From positions 5,486 to 69,485 of the forward strand of contig JBLMXQ010000018.1 in assembly GCA_050257855.1 (NCBI GenBank): a DNA stretch of 64,000 nt, read 5' to 3'. Under the pieces are notes generated by a model. The model did not search any database and was not told where the DNA came from. It was given only the letters and a program-made list of their open reading frames with translations. Position 1 is the stretch's first letter, and each line of letters opens with the position of its first letter. The translations under genes and the position numbers were made by a program. The DNA is from Betaproteobacteria bacterium. Lineage in GTDB: Bacteria; Acidobacteriota; Vicinamibacteria; Vicinamibacterales; CAVVIG01. This document shows positions 61,066 through 64,000 of this stretch, one piece after another.

Positions 61066-64000
61066 CTACTTGAATCGAACGCGGAACCGCAGCATGTGGC
61101 TCCGCTGGCCGGTTGCGCGCCGGAACTGGTAATCGAAGTTCCACTCGAGGCCGGCCATCGTCATGGTGACGCCGCCACGGCCCATCAGCGTGTCCTGCGG
61201 CAGCGGAATGCCCTGGGCCGAGAACGCCGTGTCCGGCCGGTCGACGAACTGCTGCACCGTTTCGATCGCGCCGCCGGTCAGGTCGCGGCGGTAGTTGACG
61301 TGGAAGTACGGGCGGATGTTGCCGTCGTGGCGGAACGCGTTGATGTTGACGTTGGCTTCGCTCTCGCTCACGAACTGCGCGAACGCGGCCAGCGACAGCG
61401 CGCCGGCGCCGGACTCGGTGAACGCATCGCGGCTGAACCGGACGTGCCGCAGACCGATATGGTAGTTGTACGTCCAGGTGTCGATCTGCACGCTCGCCTT
61501 CGCTTCGCTCCAGGCGTCGGCCGTCACGCCGACGTCGTTGCTCCGCGCCAGACGGTTGATGCCGCCGGGCGGCGGCTGTCCGCCGGGCACGATCGGCAGG
61601 GTTGCGACGAACGCGATCTGCCGGTCCGTGCCGAACGAGGCTCGGGCGCCGCTGCCGCCGAACCGCAGCCCCCATCTGCCCATGTCGAAGCCGGCGTAGC
61701 CGAACGCGCGCGGCGTGTTCAGCGTGCTCGAGCCGTTGACGCCGCGCAGGTCGATGCTGCCGTTCGTGTATCCGCCTCCGCCGCCGGCGAAGAACCGCTC
61801 GCCCAGCTTCCAGTGATGAGCGGTCGCGAATCCGCCGGTGTTCGCGACGGCGCCGTGCAGCGTATCGGTCGCGTCGAAGGTCGTATGCTGGCCCGCCACG
61901 ACCGACCACCACGCCGAGCGGTCGAGCAGATCGATCTCGTCGCGAATCGAGTCGGTCATCGACTCGCTGTCGAGCGCCGCGAGCTGCAGTTCGGAGCCGT
62001 GGATCTCGCCCGCGATGGACTGCAGCGCATCGTTCAGCGCGCCGTCGCCGAGGCCGGTGAGCTGGCGCACGATCACTCCGAGATCCCCGGTCGCGCCGGT
62101 CTTGATCCGATCGATCACCTGGCCCACGGCCTGCGCGTTCGGCGTCGTCGCGACGGTGGCCAGGGGAATCTTCAGATTCAGGACCGATACCAGGAGCATG
62201 GTTTCGTTCGAACTGAGCACGGGCACGAGCGTGGGATCCAGCGTCGCCAGGACGTCCGTGTTGTTCACCGTCACGCCACCCTGCGCGATCGCGGCGGTGA
62301 ACGTGGTGACGCGCTGCGTCGAGGGGAGGTCGTTCACCTGAACGGCCACGTGAGCGCCGTCGAGGAGGACTTTGCCGCCGACCTGGATCGGCGGCGGCGC
62401 ATCCTGTCCGAACTGGAACCCGAGCGTCGATCCGTTGGTCGCGACCAGGTCGCCGCCGATCGAGAGCGGGCCCGAGGCCAGGACGGTCGGCGTCGTCTGC
62501 CTGGCGCCGACGCCCGCCGTGCCCGCCCTCGACGCCAGCGATGCGACGTCGAAGCCGCCGCCGTTCAGGGTCAGCGAACCGCCTATCGAACCTGTTGCCC
62601 GGATGGTGGCGCCCGGGCCGACTCCGATCGATCCGCCGAACGCTCCATTCAGGGCAAGCCCGCCTTCCGACACGTTCATCGGGCCGCCGACCGGGTGCGC
62701 GCCGTTGAGCGTCAGCGTGCCGGCGCCGGATTTCGTGACGCTGCCGGAGCCGCTGATAGTGCCGTTGAAGACGCCGTCGGCCGTCTGGTCCAGCACGAGC
62801 GCTGCGTTGTTGGTGATGGCGCCCTGCAGGCTGGCGCTGGTGCCCACCAGCGTCCCCTGGGCGATGGTGGTGCCGCCCGTGTAGGAGTTGGACCCGAGCA
62901 GGGTCAGCGTGCCGCCGCCGGTCTTCGTCAGCGAGCCCGTGCCGCTGATCCCATCCGACACCGTTCCGTCGGCCGTCTGGTCGAACGTCACCGCCGCGTT
63001 GTCGACGATCGCGCCGTGCACGGTTGCCGCGGACAGCGCGAGCGTGCCGCCGGAGACGACGGTCTGGCCGGTATACGTGTTGGCGCCGGTGAGCGTCAGC
63101 GTTCCGCCGCCGGTCTTGACGAGGCCCCCGCTTCCGGCAATCGGGCCGCTGAACAGGGTGCTGCTGTTGTCCGCGCCCGTCGTCAACGTCCCGGAACCGA
63201 GCGCGATGCCGCCGCCGCCGGCGATGGACCCGACGGCCTGATTGAAGCCGTTGAGGTCGAGTGTGGCGCCCGCGCCGACTGTCATGCGACCCCCGACGCC
63301 GAACACGTTCGTCGCGCCGGCCTGCAGCACGCCCGCGTTCACCGTCGTCGGCCCCGTGTAGGTGTTGGCGCCTGCAAGCGTGAGCCGTCCCGTTCCGGTC
63401 TTCGTCAGGGCGCCGGAGCCGGAGATCACCCCGGTCAGCGTCGCGCTGGTCGACCCGACCGTATCGATCGTGCCGCCGCCCGGATCGAGCACGATCGGGC
63501 GGGCCGAGGCGAACGCCGGCGCATTGAGGCTGAGCGTGCCCCTCGAGCTGGCGTCACCCAGGGTGACGCCCGAGCCGGCCGCGCCCAGCGCCTGGTCCGC
63601 GCTCACGCGCACAGTGCTTCCGCCATGGACGAACGTTCCGAGCGAGTAGTTGTTGCCCGTGTTGGCGAGCTGAAGCGTCCCCCCTCCAGTCACGTCGAGC
63701 ATCGAAGGGACGTCGTTGTCCAGGACGGCGCCGGCCCAGGTGACGGTCTGACCGGGCGCCACGCTGAAAATCGAGTCGTTCGTCAGGAATGCCTGATGCG
63801 TGTAGGTGCCGCTGTTCGTGAAGGCCAGCGTCGCCCCGTTGGCGATCGAGACGTCGCCGGTGCCGAGGCCGGCGTTGGAGGAGACGCGGAGCGTGCCTGC
63901 TTCGATGAGCGTTCCGCCTGAATACGAGTTGGTGCCGGCGAGCACCAGCGTTCCCGCACCCTGCTTATCGAGCTGCCAGCTGCCGACGTTCTTCCCCGTG
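61066..64000 (-). CDS. Autotransporter with passenger-associated beta-strand repeats, 5'-truncated by the window
   Basis: Repeated LTKTGxGxLTLxGxNxYTGxTTV motifs; C-terminal barrel ending FRVRFK; frame open to the window edge. Confidence 0.9.
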   Translation of the reverse strand, partial: TGKNVGSWQLDKQGAGTLVLAGTNSYSGGTLIEAGTLRVSSNAGLGTGDVSIANGATLAFTNSGTYTHQAFLTNDSIFSVAPGQTVTWAGAVLDNDVPSMLDVTGGGTLQLANTGNNYSLGTFVHGGSTVRVSADQALGAAGSGVTLGDASSRGTLSLNAPAFASARPIVLDPGGGTIDTVGSTSATLTGVISGSGALTKTGTGRLTLAGANTYTGPTTVNAGVLQAGATNVFGVGGRMTVGAGATLDLNGFNQAVGSIAGGGGIALGSGTLTTGADNSSTLFSGPIAGSGGLVKTGGGTLTLTGANTYTGQTVVSGGTLALSAATVHGAIVDNAAVTFDQTADGTVSDGISGTGSLTKTGGGTLTLLGSNSYTGGTTIAQGTLVGTSASLQGAITNNAALVLDQTADGVFNGTISGSGSVTKSGAGTLTLNGAHPVGGPMNVSEGGLALNGAFGGSIGVGPGATIRATGSIGGSLTLNGGGFDVASLASRAGTAGVGARQTTPTVLASGPLSIGGDLVATNGSTLGFQFGQDAPPPIQVGGKVLLDGAHVAVQVNDLPSTQRVTTFTAAIAQGGVTVNNTDVLATLDPTLVPVLSSNETMLLVSVLNLKIPLATVATTPNAQAVGQVIDRIKTGATGDLGVIVRQLTGLGDGALNDALQSIAGEIHGSELQLAALDSESMTDSIRDEIDLLDRSAWWSVVAGQHTTFDATDTLHGAVANTGGFATAHHWKLGERFFAGGGGGYTNGSIDLRGVNGSSTLNTPRAFGYAGFDMGRWGLRFGGSGARASFGTDRQIAFVATLPIVPGGQPPPGGINRLARSNDVGVTADAWSEAKASVQIDTWTYNYHIGLRHVRFSRDAFTESGAGALSLAAFAQFVSESEANVNINAFRHDGNIRPYFHVNYRRDLTGGAIETVQQFVDRPDTAFSAQGIPLPQDTLMGRGGVTMTMAGLEWNFDYQFRRATGQRSHMLRFRVRFK

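Noticed and set aside
62560-63960. Periodic repeats as a CRISPR-like array
   Set aside because: They are coding autotransporter beta-strand repeats; no identical repeats, spacers or cas genes.

Overview
High-GC bacterial chromosomal window, inferred to be Acidobacteriota (Vicinamibacterales-like) from three ADOP-type orphan ABC permeases, two acidobacterial PadR regulators, a VWA protein and a TolB-like/TPR protein. There is no rRNA, intact tRNA or CRISPR array. The left end (to ~3860) looks like the distal end of an island integrated in tRNA-Gln: a 23-nt tRNA 3' end at 3840-3862 and a degenerate copy at 631-648 bracket a coupled Phd-VapC-TPR operon. The stretch 3.9-32 kb is an accessory patchwork (hydrolases, katG, zwf, M48 protease, PadR-permease pairs) with many collapsed gene relics (Ser/Thr kinase, IS630, ISL3, aldo/keto reductase, cupin, MOSC, furA, a permease tail). 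The best candidate for an undescribed system is the five-gene minus-strand operon at 32702-38095 (LbH acyltransferase, NadE-like, AsnB-like, adenylating ligase, ACP), preceded by a near-consensus sigma54 promoter and two tandem enhancer-like palindromes. Also notable: an ECF sigma/anti-sigma pair divergent from a Tat metallophosphoesterase-cupredoxin fusion with identical twin promoters, and a signalling block (51.7-60.4 kb) rich in degenerate modules (CheB-CheR-HisKA_3 kinase, NarL regulator, Asp->Cys receiver, inactive sigma54-activator AAA, NnrR-like Crp/Fnr, SpoIIE). The window ends in a partial autotransporter. All family assignments come from motif recognition by eye; no database searches were run.
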